Source: a candidate division WOR-3 bacterium
GTDB taxonomy: Bacteria > Hydrothermota > Tepidihabitantia > SM23-42 > JAOAFX01
NCBI GenBank assembly: GCA_039802265.1
Contig: JBDRWI010000002.1
Location: 6,430-70,429 of the forward strand
Length of the DNA stretch: 64,000 nucleotides
Direction: 5' to 3'
Made by a program: the position numbers and the translations under genes. Within the stretch, counting starts at the first letter, position 1. Each line of letters opens with the position of its first letter. Below, piece by piece: positions 1 to 9,454 of the stretch. A model generated the notes under the pieces. It saw nothing but the letters and a program-made list of their open reading frames with translations. It was not told the DNA's origin and ran no database searches.

Positions 1-1
1 T

Positions 2-1093
2 ACACTCGGGCTTATTGCCGTGGTCATATCTATGTGGGTGAGCAATACTGCCACAACAGCAATGCTTTATCCAATAGGATTGGGAATTCTTAACACAATT
101 GCTCAATTGCAATCAAAAGATGTAAAGAAAATGAAATATTCTACGGGTCTTATGCTCATTATTGCATACGGCGCATCGGTCGGTGGCATTGGAACGCCTG
201 TGGGAACACCACCAAATCTTATCGGCATTGGATTGATTAAAGAACTTCTGGGTAAGAATATCACATTTTTCAGATGGCTGCTATTTGCAATACCAATGGT
301 TGCGATAATGTATATAGTTTTGTTCTTATTACTCAGATTGTTATTTCCACCAGGATTTAAAGAGCTCTCCGGGATTGAAGAGTATGTAGGAAGAGAAAAG
401 AAGGCGATGGGCAAAATTTCAACCGGGGAAAGGAATGTCTTGATTGCATTTTTGATTACGGTCTTTTTATGGGTATTTCCAGGTATACTGGCAATAATTT
501 TGGGTTCTGATGCCCCCTGCTGCAAATGGTGGGAGGTGCATATACCCGAAGGGCTCGCGGCAATAGTTGGTGCAGTTATTTTATTTATTCTGCCATTAGA
601 CTTGAAAGAGAAAAAAGGGACAATTACCTGGAAAGAAGCGGTGGATATTGACTGGGGAACGATTCTTTTGTTTGGGGGTGGATTGTCTTTGGGTAGTCTG
701 ATGTTTTCTACGGGTCTGGCTGAGAATATTGGAAAAGGAATTTTGAGCCTCACCGGTGCCAAGGGTCTTTTTTCAATAACCGCAATTTCAATTTTACTTG
801 CAATTATTACCAGTGAACTTACATCAAATACTGCTTCGGCAAATATGGTCATTCCAATAATGATATCGCTCGCAAAGGCGGCGAATGTCAATCCGTTTAT
901 ACCTGCGCTTGGCGCCTGTCTTGGTTCAAGTTACGGATTTATGCTGCCGGTATCAACACCACCCAATGCAATCATCTATGGCTCTGGTTACGTTCCGATT
1001 ACAAGGATGATCAGAGCAGGAATTATCTTTGACCTTTTAGGATTTTTGATAATCCTTGCCGGTGTATTTTTACTATTACCATTAATTGGATAA
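2..1093 (+). CDS. SLC13/DASS family sodium:dicarboxylate/sulfate symporter (5'-truncated by window edge)
   Basis: Frame open from window start; hydrophobic; two SNT motifs (WVSNTATT, LTSNTASA), GTPVGTPPN and MLPVSTPPNA. Confidence 0.9.
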   Translation, partial: TLGLIAVVISMWVSNTATTAMLYPIGLGILNTIAQLQSKDVKKMKYSTGLMLIIAYGASVGGIGTPVGTPPNLIGIGLIKELLGKNITFFRWLLFAIPMVAIMYIVLFLLLRLLFPPGFKELSGIEEYVGREKKAMGKISTGERNVLIAFLITVFLWVFPGILAIILGSDAPCCKWWEVHIPEGLAAIVGAVILFILPLDLKEKKGTITWKEAVDIDWGTILLFGGGLSLGSLMFSTGLAENIGKGILSLTGAKGLFSITAISILLAIITSELTSNTASANMVIPIMISLAKAANVNPFIPALGACLGSSYGFMLPVSTPPNAIIYGSGYVPITRMIRAGIIFDLLGFLIILAGVFLLLPLIG

Positions 1094-1116
1094 TGGATTT
1101 TTATAAATTTGCAGAC

Positions 1117-1144
1117 TTGACAGGGGAAGTTTTAAGGATATAAT
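1117..1144 (+). promoter_or_regulatory. sigma70-type promoter TTGACA-N16-TATAAT; GTG start 5 nt downstream (probably leaderless)
   Basis: TTGACA 1117-1122, TATAAT 1139-1144, GTG 1150, no SD. Confidence 0.75.
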
Positions 1145-1149
1145 AAATT

Positions 1150-3078
1150 GTGAATAAATTCCCTGCCTTTATTTTTATAATTTTCAATTTTCTTAATGCT
1201 GGCGAGTTCATTAGGAATGGCAGTTTTGAAGATTCACTAAATTTCTGGAGTCCTTATGCACATGGTGAGACTTATACACTAAATGTAGATGAGAACTATG
1301 ATTCAGACCCGGATTCCGAAGTATATGTAGGAAGACTGGATAGATTGATAACCACAATCTATCAGGTCTGTTATGTACCAACCCTCGAACTCGACTTTTC
1401 TTTTAAGGCTCGTTTTTTTGCTAAAAGTTATGATACACTCCATCCACATCCGGCAATTGCATCAATTATATTATCCTACCTTGATACTGATGAGAATGTT
1501 CTTGGCGAGACTCGCATTTTCTATTATGCAGAAAGTCTTTACTGGCAACCATCGCCAATTTTACATCTTATTGAGATAAGTGATACAAATTGGTTTTCTG
1601 ATACAATTGGTATTCTGAATGAATTACAGAATCTTCCGGGCGTCGTTCCTTCTGAGATTGCGAAATTAAGGATAGTTTTATACTGTCAATCCTATGGTTG
1701 TTGACCGGGACACGCCGAGGCGAAGGTCTTCGCCGATGATATAAGCCTTGCATATAATGGAACATCTGCCCATTGTACCTTAATTTCTTATTTTTTAGAT
1801 GACTCGGCAGGAAATTTTAATGGCATTTTAGACCCCGGTGAGGAAGTAGAACTTTATTATCTACTTAAGAATATTGGCGGAGTTGATATACAGAATTTGA
1901 CCGGCGTTATTGTAAGTTCATCACCGTATCTTAGCATTCTAAATGGGAGTGCATATTTTGGTAGTGTTCCGATTGATTCTCTAATAAAAAATTCAAATCC
2001 CTTCAGAATTCAGGCACTACCTAATGCACCCCACGGCACGAGTAGTAATCTTGATTTGATTTTGAATGAAAATTCAGGTATTATTGACACAATCAGGATA
2101 AAGGTCATAATTGGCAAAAGAGATTATTTTGTCTGGGACCCGGACAGGAATAATTCAAGTGGTCCCATTGTTCATCTCATCCTTCAAAATCTTGGTTATA
2201 CCGGTGATTACGCAAATGCACAATTTTATTCCTTTGAGCATCTGAAAAATTATAAATCACTTTTTGTGTGCAGTGGTGTGGCATATAATAACTATGTTCT
2301 GTTTAAATACAGTTCTGAGGTCGCAAAGGTAGCAGATTTTATAAACTATGGCGGCAATGTATATCTTGAAGGCGGTGAATGCTGGGCATTTGACCCGTTT
2401 GTAATGCACGGTTTTAACTTTAACCCTTATTTTGGCATTAAGCCGATAAACGATGGATATATAAACATGGGACCGATTGAGGGTGAACCCAATACCTTCA
2501 CTGACCATATGTTATTCAGATACTGTGGTGAGAATTTGTGGCTTGACGATATTGATTCTACAGGAAGCGGGTTCAGGATATTTCGTGATAACGATGACAA
2601 TTACTATTGTGGAGTGGCAAACATAGCACCGGGATATAGAACTGTCGGAGTGTCATTTGAATTGTCCGGACTTATAGATAACGAGCCATATACAAAGGCA
2701 TCCCTTCTTGACTCAATAATGCATTTTTTCGGGATAAATCTTGTTGGTATTGAAGATTTAGAAAATCCGCAATCCGCAATCCGCAATCCGCAATTTTTAG
2801 AAGTTTATCCCAATCCATTCAGAAATAACTGTGTGATTAAAGCCGAAATCCCAATACCTCAAGAAGCGAACGGTCAGTACCCAGCAGTCAGTATAAAAAT
2901 ATTTAATGTAGCCGGCTGTTTGGTGAAACAATTTAACCATTTAGCCAATTGTCCATTTAACCAGATAGTCTGGTCTGGTAATGATGAACTGGGTCGCAAA
3001 TTACCTGCTGGTATCTATTTTGTCAAATTGGAGGCGGGCGACTTCAAAAAGGTGGAGAAGGTAAATTTATTAAGATAA
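1150..3078 (+). CDS. Secreted multidomain protein (signal peptide, CBM-like jelly-roll, Ig-like domain, alpha/beta domain, FlgD-Ig/T9SS-like CTD); 642 aa if in-frame TGA 1702-1704 is read through; candidate selenoprotein (Sec185)
   Basis: ORFs 1150..1704 and 1897..3078 share a frame; 1705-1896 is stop-free and encodes PGHAEAKVFADDISL...DDSAGNFNGILDPGEEVELYYLLKNIGG; CTD VYPNPF...IFNVAG.LVK...WSGNDELGRKLPAGIYF. Confidence 0.8.
1702..1735 (+). promoter_or_regulatory. Candidate bacterial SECIS element
   Basis: TGA then perfect stem GGCGAAG (1719-1725)/CTTCGCC (1728-1734) around GT; apex AGGTCT; GC-rich island in an AT-rich gene. Confidence 0.7.
2764..2791 (+). repeat. Tandem heptamer (AATCCGC)x4 in the linker before the CTD
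   Basis: Four exact copies read directly. Confidence 0.95.
2931..2962 (+). repeat. Degenerate octamer tandem repeat (ATTTAACC-like)x4 inside the CTD
   Basis: atttaacc atttagcc aattgtcc atttaacc. Confidence 0.7.
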
Positions 3079-3183
3079 GGGTGAAGAAGGAAGAATAAGG
3101 GTAAAAGGGGATAGAAGTTTTTAGACCGAATGCCGAAAGACAATAGACGATACTGGCTGCGAAACCGTATAACGAGAGACGAA

Positions 3184-4002
3184 TTAGAAGGAGGGAGTGG
3201 AAGTAAATTGTAACAATCTTTCTTTATACTTTTTTGCCTGAATATAGCCTCTCTCAATTGCCTCTTTAGCCTTTTCAAACTGGCTTAGGCCAATACCGGT
3301 TGTATCAATGTCTATCCACACACCATTCTTGAGTTGTTTAATGTTATATTCAATCAATCTTGAACTTATCAAATCAAATGTTTTTACAAAGATATCTTTT
3401 ATACTATATTCTTTTTCTGAATCTTGTTTGGCATTAATTTGAATTCGTGGATATTCAAATCTATGAAGAACATTTACTGCTATGACTTTTTTTGCACCAA
3501 GATTTATTGCTACATCTACGGGTACGGGATTAATAAATCCTCCGTCAATAAGAACCCTTCCGCTATATTTATTGGGTGTAAATACAATCGGGATTGCTAT
3601 TGAAGATCTTATCGCCTGAATCAGATCACCACGGTCAATAATAATTTCAACATTCTCTTCTATATCGGTAGCAACCGCCGCATATTTTATTGGCAATTCT
3701 TCAATTTTTGTATCACCAAGATAAGGCTTCAGGAATTTAATAATGTTTTTTCCATTAATAAACCCTTTTTTAGAGATATGGAATCTGAATAAGTTTTTCT
3801 TTTCCTTTTTGTCTATCTTTAATGCAATCTCTTCCATCTGTTTTGCTGTAAATCCCCTTGCATAAAATCCACCAATCAGTGAGCCCATACTTGCACCGAC
3901 AACAATATCCGGTTTAATATTCAATTCTTCAAGAAATTTAATTACGCCGATATGGGCATATCCTTTTGCTGCACCACCGCTTAAAACGAGACCGAGCATC
4001 AT
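3184..4002 (-). CDS. Patatin-like phospholipase (RssA/NTE type)
   Basis: LSGGAAKG, GASMG nucleophile, DGG motif. Confidence 0.92.
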   Translation of the reverse strand: MMLGLVLSGGAAKGYAHIGVIKFLEELNIKPDIVVGASMGSLIGGFYARGFTAKQMEEIALKIDKKEKKNLFRFHISKKGFINGKNIIKFLKPYLGDTKIEELPIKYAAVATDIEENVEIIIDRGDLIQAIRSSIAIPIVFTPNKYSGRVLIDGGFINPVPVDVAINLGAKKVIAVNVLHRFEYPRIQINAKQDSEKEYSIKDIFVKTFDLISSRLIEYNIKQLKNGVWIDIDTTGIGLSQFEKAKEAIERGYIQAKKYKERLLQFTSTPSF

Positions 4003-4989
4003 TCAAAAGATTATTATTTTGCTCAAAGGACTATTGAGGTCTATTATATTTTTGAGGTCTTTGTAAGGTATTTCAACTGTGTAATATCCTTCAACATAGG
4101 GACCAACAGTGTAAGGAGAGAATATAAATTCCAGTCCACTTGGAGTTATAACGAAGTTGTCTAATAATTCTGAAACATCTTTTATTTCCCCTTCAACAAC
4201 GAAGGATGCCCCTTGCTTCTTTAGACTACGGATACAGATGTCAGAAATTATCTTCAGATAATTAGAATTCAGAACGAATAAATCTCCGAGTTCAATCTCC
4301 TTAATAATCTCAGAGGTGAGCAAGATATTGAGGGTAGGATAGTCGGTATAGCCATGCGCAGCGCCCGGATAATAACTATAGGAAATAAAAGAAAGGCTTA
4401 TAATTTCATTGGAGAAATATTCTATATTGTAATCTTCGGAATATTCAGGGGGCGAGGTTTCAAGGCCCGCCGATTCATCTATAGAGGCTATGAAGTCGTT
4501 ATACCTGGAGAGTGCCCTGTTTCTTAGCGTCTCATTTAACATCTCCTCCAACTTTTTATTATCTATGTAAAACTTGGGATATTTGACACACACATCATAA
4601 TGTTCTGATTTGAATTCTTTTTCCTGCGCGATCAATTTCAAATTGTACGGAAATTTCTTCTTTCCATCCGGATTTGACCACTCGCCAGTAAGTTTATTAG
4701 AATCTTTTAACGAACCTTTAAAAATGCCAGTTAAATTTCCATTCGCATACTCACAAATTTTAAAACTTTTATCTTGGTTGATATTACCTTTCAATTGAAT
4801 GTATTTATTTATTTTATAATAAAAGTAGTAACCATTCACACTATCTTTTTCAATCTTAAGCTCCATATAAATCTTATGGTTCCGGCCGATAATGCCCCAA
4901 TAATGATTTCTGTAGTTTGATTCCCGGGCGTTTAAGTTATCTATGAAACATAAGATTATACAAAAAAACATTATATTTTTATTTGCCAT
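4003..4989 (-). CDS. Secreted DUF3298/RsiV-like protein with N-terminal beta domain
   Basis: Signal-like N-terminus; YYPGAAHG motif; F.FSPY.VGPY.EG...V.IPY..L C-terminus. Confidence 0.75.
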   Translation of the reverse strand: MANKNIMFFCIILCFIDNLNARESNYRNHYWGIIGRNHKIYMELKIEKDSVNGYYFYYKINKYIQLKGNINQDKSFKICEYANGNLTGIFKGSLKDSNKLTGEWSNPDGKKKFPYNLKLIAQEKEFKSEHYDVCVKYPKFYIDNKKLEEMLNETLRNRALSRYNDFIASIDESAGLETSPPEYSEDYNIEYFSNEIISLSFISYSYYPGAAHGYTDYPTLNILLTSEIIKEIELGDLFVLNSNYLKIISDICIRSLKKQGASFVVEGEIKDVSELLDNFVITPSGLEFIFSPYTVGPYVEGYYTVEIPYKDLKNIIDLNSPLSKIIIF

Positions 4990-5232
4990 ACTTTCTCCTT
5001 TTTATCAAGATACATTTGGCTAAATTCCATAACATCTAAGAGGTTTCTTCTAAATATAATTTATGCCTTTTCATTTCAATTACATTTTTAAATATATGCA
5101 GAAATCAATAAAAATCAAGGGGATATTGGTCTATTGTTTTGGAAAAAGCCTGTTAATATTTCTCTATGGGATAAAAAATAATACTTGACCAATAAAAAAT
5201 TTTAATTAAAATTATAATGCAATGGAGGAACC

Positions 5233-6303
5233 ATGCACAGGTTTGTTATAGTCTTTATTCCCCTGATAGTTTCTTCGAATCCTTATCTTACGGGTGTTAT
5301 CAATGAATTTCAGACTGATACCATCCTCGGGCAAAAGTTTGAATTCCACCCAATTGATTATGGCTTTTCCCTTCCACTTTTTAATTCAGAGGTTATAACA
5401 CCGGCGGGTACTTCCTATGTTAATACATTGATTAACAATCCTCCCTGTGGTTATACCGTTATTGATACATCAATTTTAGAAGGACCATTCTATTTGCCGT
5501 TAGATAATGGTTTTATAGAAATCTTTTTACCTGAATATTACCTGGATTGCATTGCTTATACTGATACCTTCCATTCTCCAATTTTTGCCCCTCCAATGGG
5601 TTCTTCAGCGGCACGGTTTATATACAAAAAAAATGGTTTAACCAAATTGGACTGGTATATAGATTACACACCAACGCTGGGTGGAGATAATGACGACTAT
5701 CCAGGGTGCATTATTTCTGGCCATGTCTATTTTAATTACGCTCCTGTTGAAAGCGCACGGGTGACCGCTGTCTGTACGGATAGTATCCAGACCCCGGGGC
5801 CATTTCATACCGCTTGCACTACATATACAGATAATACAGGTTTTTACCATTTTGACAGCCTCTGGCCGGCGAGATACTGGATGACCGCTGTCTTGGGTTC
5901 TTATCAGCCGCCGGGTGAATTGTCTCCAGAATTGTGTGCCCTCTGGCCGACGGATTTTGATTTCTATTTTGTAGAAATGGAGGAAAATCTATCCTTTGTT
6001 TCACCGGAACAAATGCTGTTCTCCGTCTATCCGAATCCTTTCAAAAATTTTTGTGTGATTCGCTACGCACTGAGTAAGAGTATGTCTGGTACTTACTCCG
6101 CAACGCCTACCATTCGTATTTATGATGTTACAGGGAGGCTGGTGAGGCAGTTTGATTGCCTATCTACCAGTCAATTTAGCCAAAATCAAATTCTCTGGAA
6201 TGGTAAAGATAGGACAGATACCAAGTTAACGCCTGGTCTTTACTATATCGTTTTAGAGTCACCCGAATATAAAAGTGTTAAAAAGGCGGTGATGATAAGA
6301 TAA
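5233..6303 (+). CDS. Secreted protein with carboxypeptidase-regulatory-like Ig domain and FlgD-Ig/T9SS-like CTD
   Basis: ISGHV...TYTDNTGFYHFDSL; VYPNPF...IYDVTGRLVR...WNGKD; SD GGAGG; promoter TTGACC-N16-TAAAAT 5185-5212. Confidence 0.7.
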   Translation: MHRFVIVFIPLIVSSNPYLTGVINEFQTDTILGQKFEFHPIDYGFSLPLFNSEVITPAGTSYVNTLINNPPCGYTVIDTSILEGPFYLPLDNGFIEIFLPEYYLDCIAYTDTFHSPIFAPPMGSSAARFIYKKNGLTKLDWYIDYTPTLGGDNDDYPGCIISGHVYFNYAPVESARVTAVCTDSIQTPGPFHTACTTYTDNTGFYHFDSLWPARYWMTAVLGSYQPPGELSPELCALWPTDFDFYFVEMEENLSFVSPEQMLFSVYPNPFKNFCVIRYALSKSMSGTYSATPTIRIYDVTGRLVRQFDCLSTSQFSQNQILWNGKDRTDTKLTPGLYYIVLESPEYKSVKKAVMIR

Positions 6304-6310
6304 TTTTTTA

Positions 6311-6338
6311 TTGACTTCAGTAGAATTTTTTATATAAT
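6311..6338 (+). promoter_or_regulatory. sigma70 promoter for tRNA-Pro
   Basis: TTGACT-N16-TATAAT. Confidence 0.7.
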
Positions 6339-6438
6339 CTACTGACTGCTTCTTTTATGGACCGATTGTGAAGGGGAGGAGTAGGAGTTTTTTTAAAATA
6401 AATGTTTTGAACAGATGGTGCGTATATAAGATCTGTCG

Positions 6439-6512
6439 CGGGGCGTGGCGCAGTGGCTTAGCGCACTTGGTTTGGGACCAAGGGGTCGTGGGTTCAAATC
6501 CCTCCGCCCCGA
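6439..6512 (+). tRNA. tRNA-Pro (TGG)
   Basis: Acceptor CGGGGCG/CGCCCCG; anticodon arm CTTGG-TTTGGGA-CCAAG; TTCAAAT T-loop; CCA not encoded. Confidence 0.96.
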
Positions 6513-6548
6513 TTTTTTAAATTTTTAAGCATAATCTAAGGAGAATAG

Positions 6549-8078
6549 ATGAAAAAAATATTACTAATATCCTTCGCTATATCATTTTTAATGGGAATTG
6601 ATTATAACACCATCCCATTATTAAGATGGGCGGGACCAGCAGGGACGAAGCCGGGAACTTATGAAGACTGGATAACGCAGAGTCCATGTTCAGAATTCTC
6701 TTACTTCCTGCATAAAATAGTTTATGGTGATGGCAGGGCAGGTAATGTAGCCATTTTAACCCAGGCGAGCATCGCGGGGGCATTAACAAATGAGATAAAT
6801 CAATTAATAAACAATTTACAATCTGAGGGTTATACGGTGCTCAGTTATCAGGTATCCGGAGGAACACCGGAAACCCTGCGCACTTTTCTACAGAATCTTT
6901 ACACCAACAATAACATTGAAGGTGCACTTTTTATTGGCAATCTACCCGTTGCCTGGTTTGAGATTGCTAACGACTTTAATCAATATGGCTATACGGAGTT
7001 TCCCATTGACTTGTTCTATATGGATTTGAATGGAAACTGGCTTGACACAATGAACACGGGTAATGGAAGGTATGATGGTCATACTGGTGATATAAGTCCA
7101 GAGATCTATATCGGCAGGCTAATGCCAACCGGAATTGGTATAGACACGTTATTATTAAAGAACTATTTTAGAAAAGATAATGCCTATCGACATGATACAC
7201 TTGAACTACAACATCGGGCGCTTTTCTTCTGTGACGATGACTGGATTCCTTTTGCCGCCCAATGGGCATATGAAGTCTCCTTATTATATCCGGATACAAT
7301 GAATTACTGGAATGCAGAGACAACCAGGGCAGCGATCTATCGAATTAAACTTGATTCCTGTCAGGCCTGGGTTAGTGTCTTTGCCCACTCCTGGCCCGGA
7401 GGACATCAATTTACATATAACAATGGGAATGCGCATGATTATTATTATTCTTATGAGTATACAAACCAAAATCCTCCAACAAATTTTTATAACCACTTTG
7501 CCTGTTCATTTGCCCGTTATACTGAAAATGGATACGGCGGTGGCAGGTCAATCTTCAATCAGAGTTACGGACTGGGTGCTATTGGTTCAACAAAGACCGG
7601 CAGTATGCTTGACTTTTACTATTTTTACGCGCCCCTTTCTGAACAGAAGACATTGGGTCAGGCATTCAAAGACTGGTTCACCCATATTACTGCAAACGGT
7701 GTTACCTTTGATGAATTGTGCTGGCATTATGGTATGACCCTTCTGGCAGATCCGTGGTTAAAACCAACGGGGCACAATTTTGAAATTGCTGAGGCTATCA
7801 AAGATAAGGCTTCGCCTCTAATTATATATCAAAATCCATCGGTTAGCCAGGTGAAGATTTTCCTTGGTATCAGTTCGCCCGGTGCTGTTAAATTGATTGT
7901 TTATGACTGTCTTGGTAGGGTTGTAAAGAGATTAATATCAAACCAATATACTAAATCAAATCAATGGATATTATGGCGATTCAATGATGAAAATGGTAAG
8001 ACGGTGCCTCCGGGTGTTTATATAGTCAGTGCGGAAGTGTCCGGGAAGGTCTATAAAGCAAAGGTAATTAAACTTTGA
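6549..8078 (+). CDS. Peptidase C25 (gingipain-like) cysteine protease with FlgD-Ig/T9SS-like CTD
   Basis: LFIGNLPV, DLFYMDL, PEIYIGRL, putative catalytic His (FAHSW) and Cys (FACS), TLGQAFKDW, LLADP. Confidence 0.8.
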   Translation: MKKILLISFAISFLMGIDYNTIPLLRWAGPAGTKPGTYEDWITQSPCSEFSYFLHKIVYGDGRAGNVAILTQASIAGALTNEINQLINNLQSEGYTVLSYQVSGGTPETLRTFLQNLYTNNNIEGALFIGNLPVAWFEIANDFNQYGYTEFPIDLFYMDLNGNWLDTMNTGNGRYDGHTGDISPEIYIGRLMPTGIGIDTLLLKNYFRKDNAYRHDTLELQHRALFFCDDDWIPFAAQWAYEVSLLYPDTMNYWNAETTRAAIYRIKLDSCQAWVSVFAHSWPGGHQFTYNNGNAHDYYYSYEYTNQNPPTNFYNHFACSFARYTENGYGGGRSIFNQSYGLGAIGSTKTGSMLDFYYFYAPLSEQKTLGQAFKDWFTHITANGVTFDELCWHYGMTLLADPWLKPTGHNFEIAEAIKDKASPLIIYQNPSVSQVKIFLGISSPGAVKLIVYDCLGRVVKRLISNQYTKSNQWILWRFNDENGKTVPPGVYIVSAEVSGKVYKAKVIKL

Positions 8079-8150
8079 TAATTGTATATACCCATTTTTA
8101 AATTCAGTTTCGGTATTGACACCGAACTTTAAGCCATTATAATAACCCTG

Positions 8151-9032
8151 ATGAGCGCGGAAGAGCTCTCTAATAGAATTGAGGATTTTCTAATTTACCT
8201 AAAGAAAGAGAAAAACTATTCAAATTGTACCCTGCGCGGATACAGGGCTGACTTAAGGCAATTTTTTGATTATTTTAAGGAAAAGAAAATAGCGCTGATT
8301 GATTATAATGAAATCGTTCAGTATTTAGCCTTTCTTTTAAAATATGGTGCAGGTCCCCGCAGCGTTGCCCGTAAGTTGTCAGCCTTAAAATCATTTTTTA
8401 AATTCCTAAAAAAAAGTGGCGTTATCCCGGAGAATTTCGTTCAGGGCATAAGGTCACCAAAGATGAAACGGCATCTTCCTGGCTTTTTGACCTATAACCA
8501 GATAAGTGATACATTTGAGAAAATCCAGGATTTAAGAGACCGGGCAATTATGGAGGTTTTATATTCCTGTGGACTGAGAGCAGGGGAACTTGTCGGATTG
8601 AATCTTGAGGATTTGGATTTAAACAGAGAGGAGATAAGGGTGAAAGGGAAGGGAAGGAAGGAGCGCATTGTTCCCCTGGGCCGGGTTGCCCTGAAGGCGA
8701 TTCTTAAATACCTGCCCGAACGGCGACAGCGGTGTCGAGATAAACCTGATACCCGGGCACTTTTTTTGAATTATCGCGGTGAGCGTTTGACAACGCGCTC
8801 TTTGCAGCGGATTGTCCGCAGGTATCTTATAAATTGTGCCAATGCCTCAGGAACAAATCCGCACATCTTGAGACACTCCTTTGCTACACATCTTTTAGAA
8901 CACGGTGCGGACTTGCGTGCGGTTCAGGAATTGCTCGGACATTCCAGCCTTGCCACAGTTCAGATTTATACACATCTAACAACAAAAAGGTTAAGAGAAA
9001 TATACCAGAGGGCGCATCCACGGGCAGATTGA
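8151..9032 (+). CDS. xerC: Tyrosine recombinase XerC/XerD family
   Basis: RDRAIMEVLYSCGLRAGEL, GKGRKERIVP, PHILRHSFATHLL, LLGHSSLATVQIYTH; promoter TTGACA-N16-TATAAT 8116-8143. Confidence 0.9.
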   Translation: MSAEELSNRIEDFLIYLKKEKNYSNCTLRGYRADLRQFFDYFKEKKIALIDYNEIVQYLAFLLKYGAGPRSVARKLSALKSFFKFLKKSGVIPENFVQGIRSPKMKRHLPGFLTYNQISDTFEKIQDLRDRAIMEVLYSCGLRAGELVGLNLEDLDLNREEIRVKGKGRKERIVPLGRVALKAILKYLPERRQRCRDKPDTRALFLNYRGERLTTRSLQRIVRRYLINCANASGTNPHILRHSFATHLLEHGADLRAVQELLGHSSLATVQIYTHLTTKRLREIYQRAHPRAD

Positions 9033-9034
9033 TT

Positions 9035-9454
9035 ATGCGCTGGTTCTTTTTTATTCTTCTCACCACTACTATCTCCTGCCATCAGCGAGATATCTGGAGT
9101 AAGATCAGAGAAGGTAATTATGAAATTATTCGGAAGGGAAGTTACCGCGGTAAATTAAAATATCTGGCCCAGCCAGGTGAACATGAAGCGACAATTTTAA
9201 GATTCCGTGCAGATATTGAAAAGAACATCGCCCTTTTTCCGGAAATTACGAAGAAATTTTTTGTGATTACCGATGAATTGAAATATCAATATAAATTCAC
9301 CTGGTTAGATGAAGAGAAGAACTACTTAATTTTAAGATATTTTGCGCGAATTTATAACCATCCAGTCTATGCTGGATATCAGATTCAATTTGTTATTGAT
9401 AAAAAAGAAAAACAGATCATCCAGATATTTATAACCGAGGTTCCCCTTGAGTAG
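9035..9454 (+). CDS. Hypothetical lipoprotein (start re-assigned to ATG 9035)
   Basis: MRWFFFILLTTTISC lipobox-like; lies between xerC stop and TPR gene. Confidence 0.6.
   Translation: MRWFFFILLTTTISCHQRDIWSKIREGNYEIIRKGSYRGKLKYLAQPGEHEATILRFRADIEKNIALFPEITKKFFVITDELKYQYKFTWLDEEKNYLILRYFARIYNHPVYAGYQIQFVIDKKEKQIIQIFITEVPLE

Noticed and set aside
1702-1704. Genome-wide reassignment of TGA to Trp or Gly as the explanation for read-through
   Set aside because: Conserved genes such as xerC, rocD and recN end at TGA at their normal C-termini and are not fragmented, so any read-through must be site-specific
8151-9032. Integrase of a mobile element near tRNA-Pro
   Set aside because: Motifs and size match housekeeping XerC/D; no att duplication or phage/plasmid genes seen
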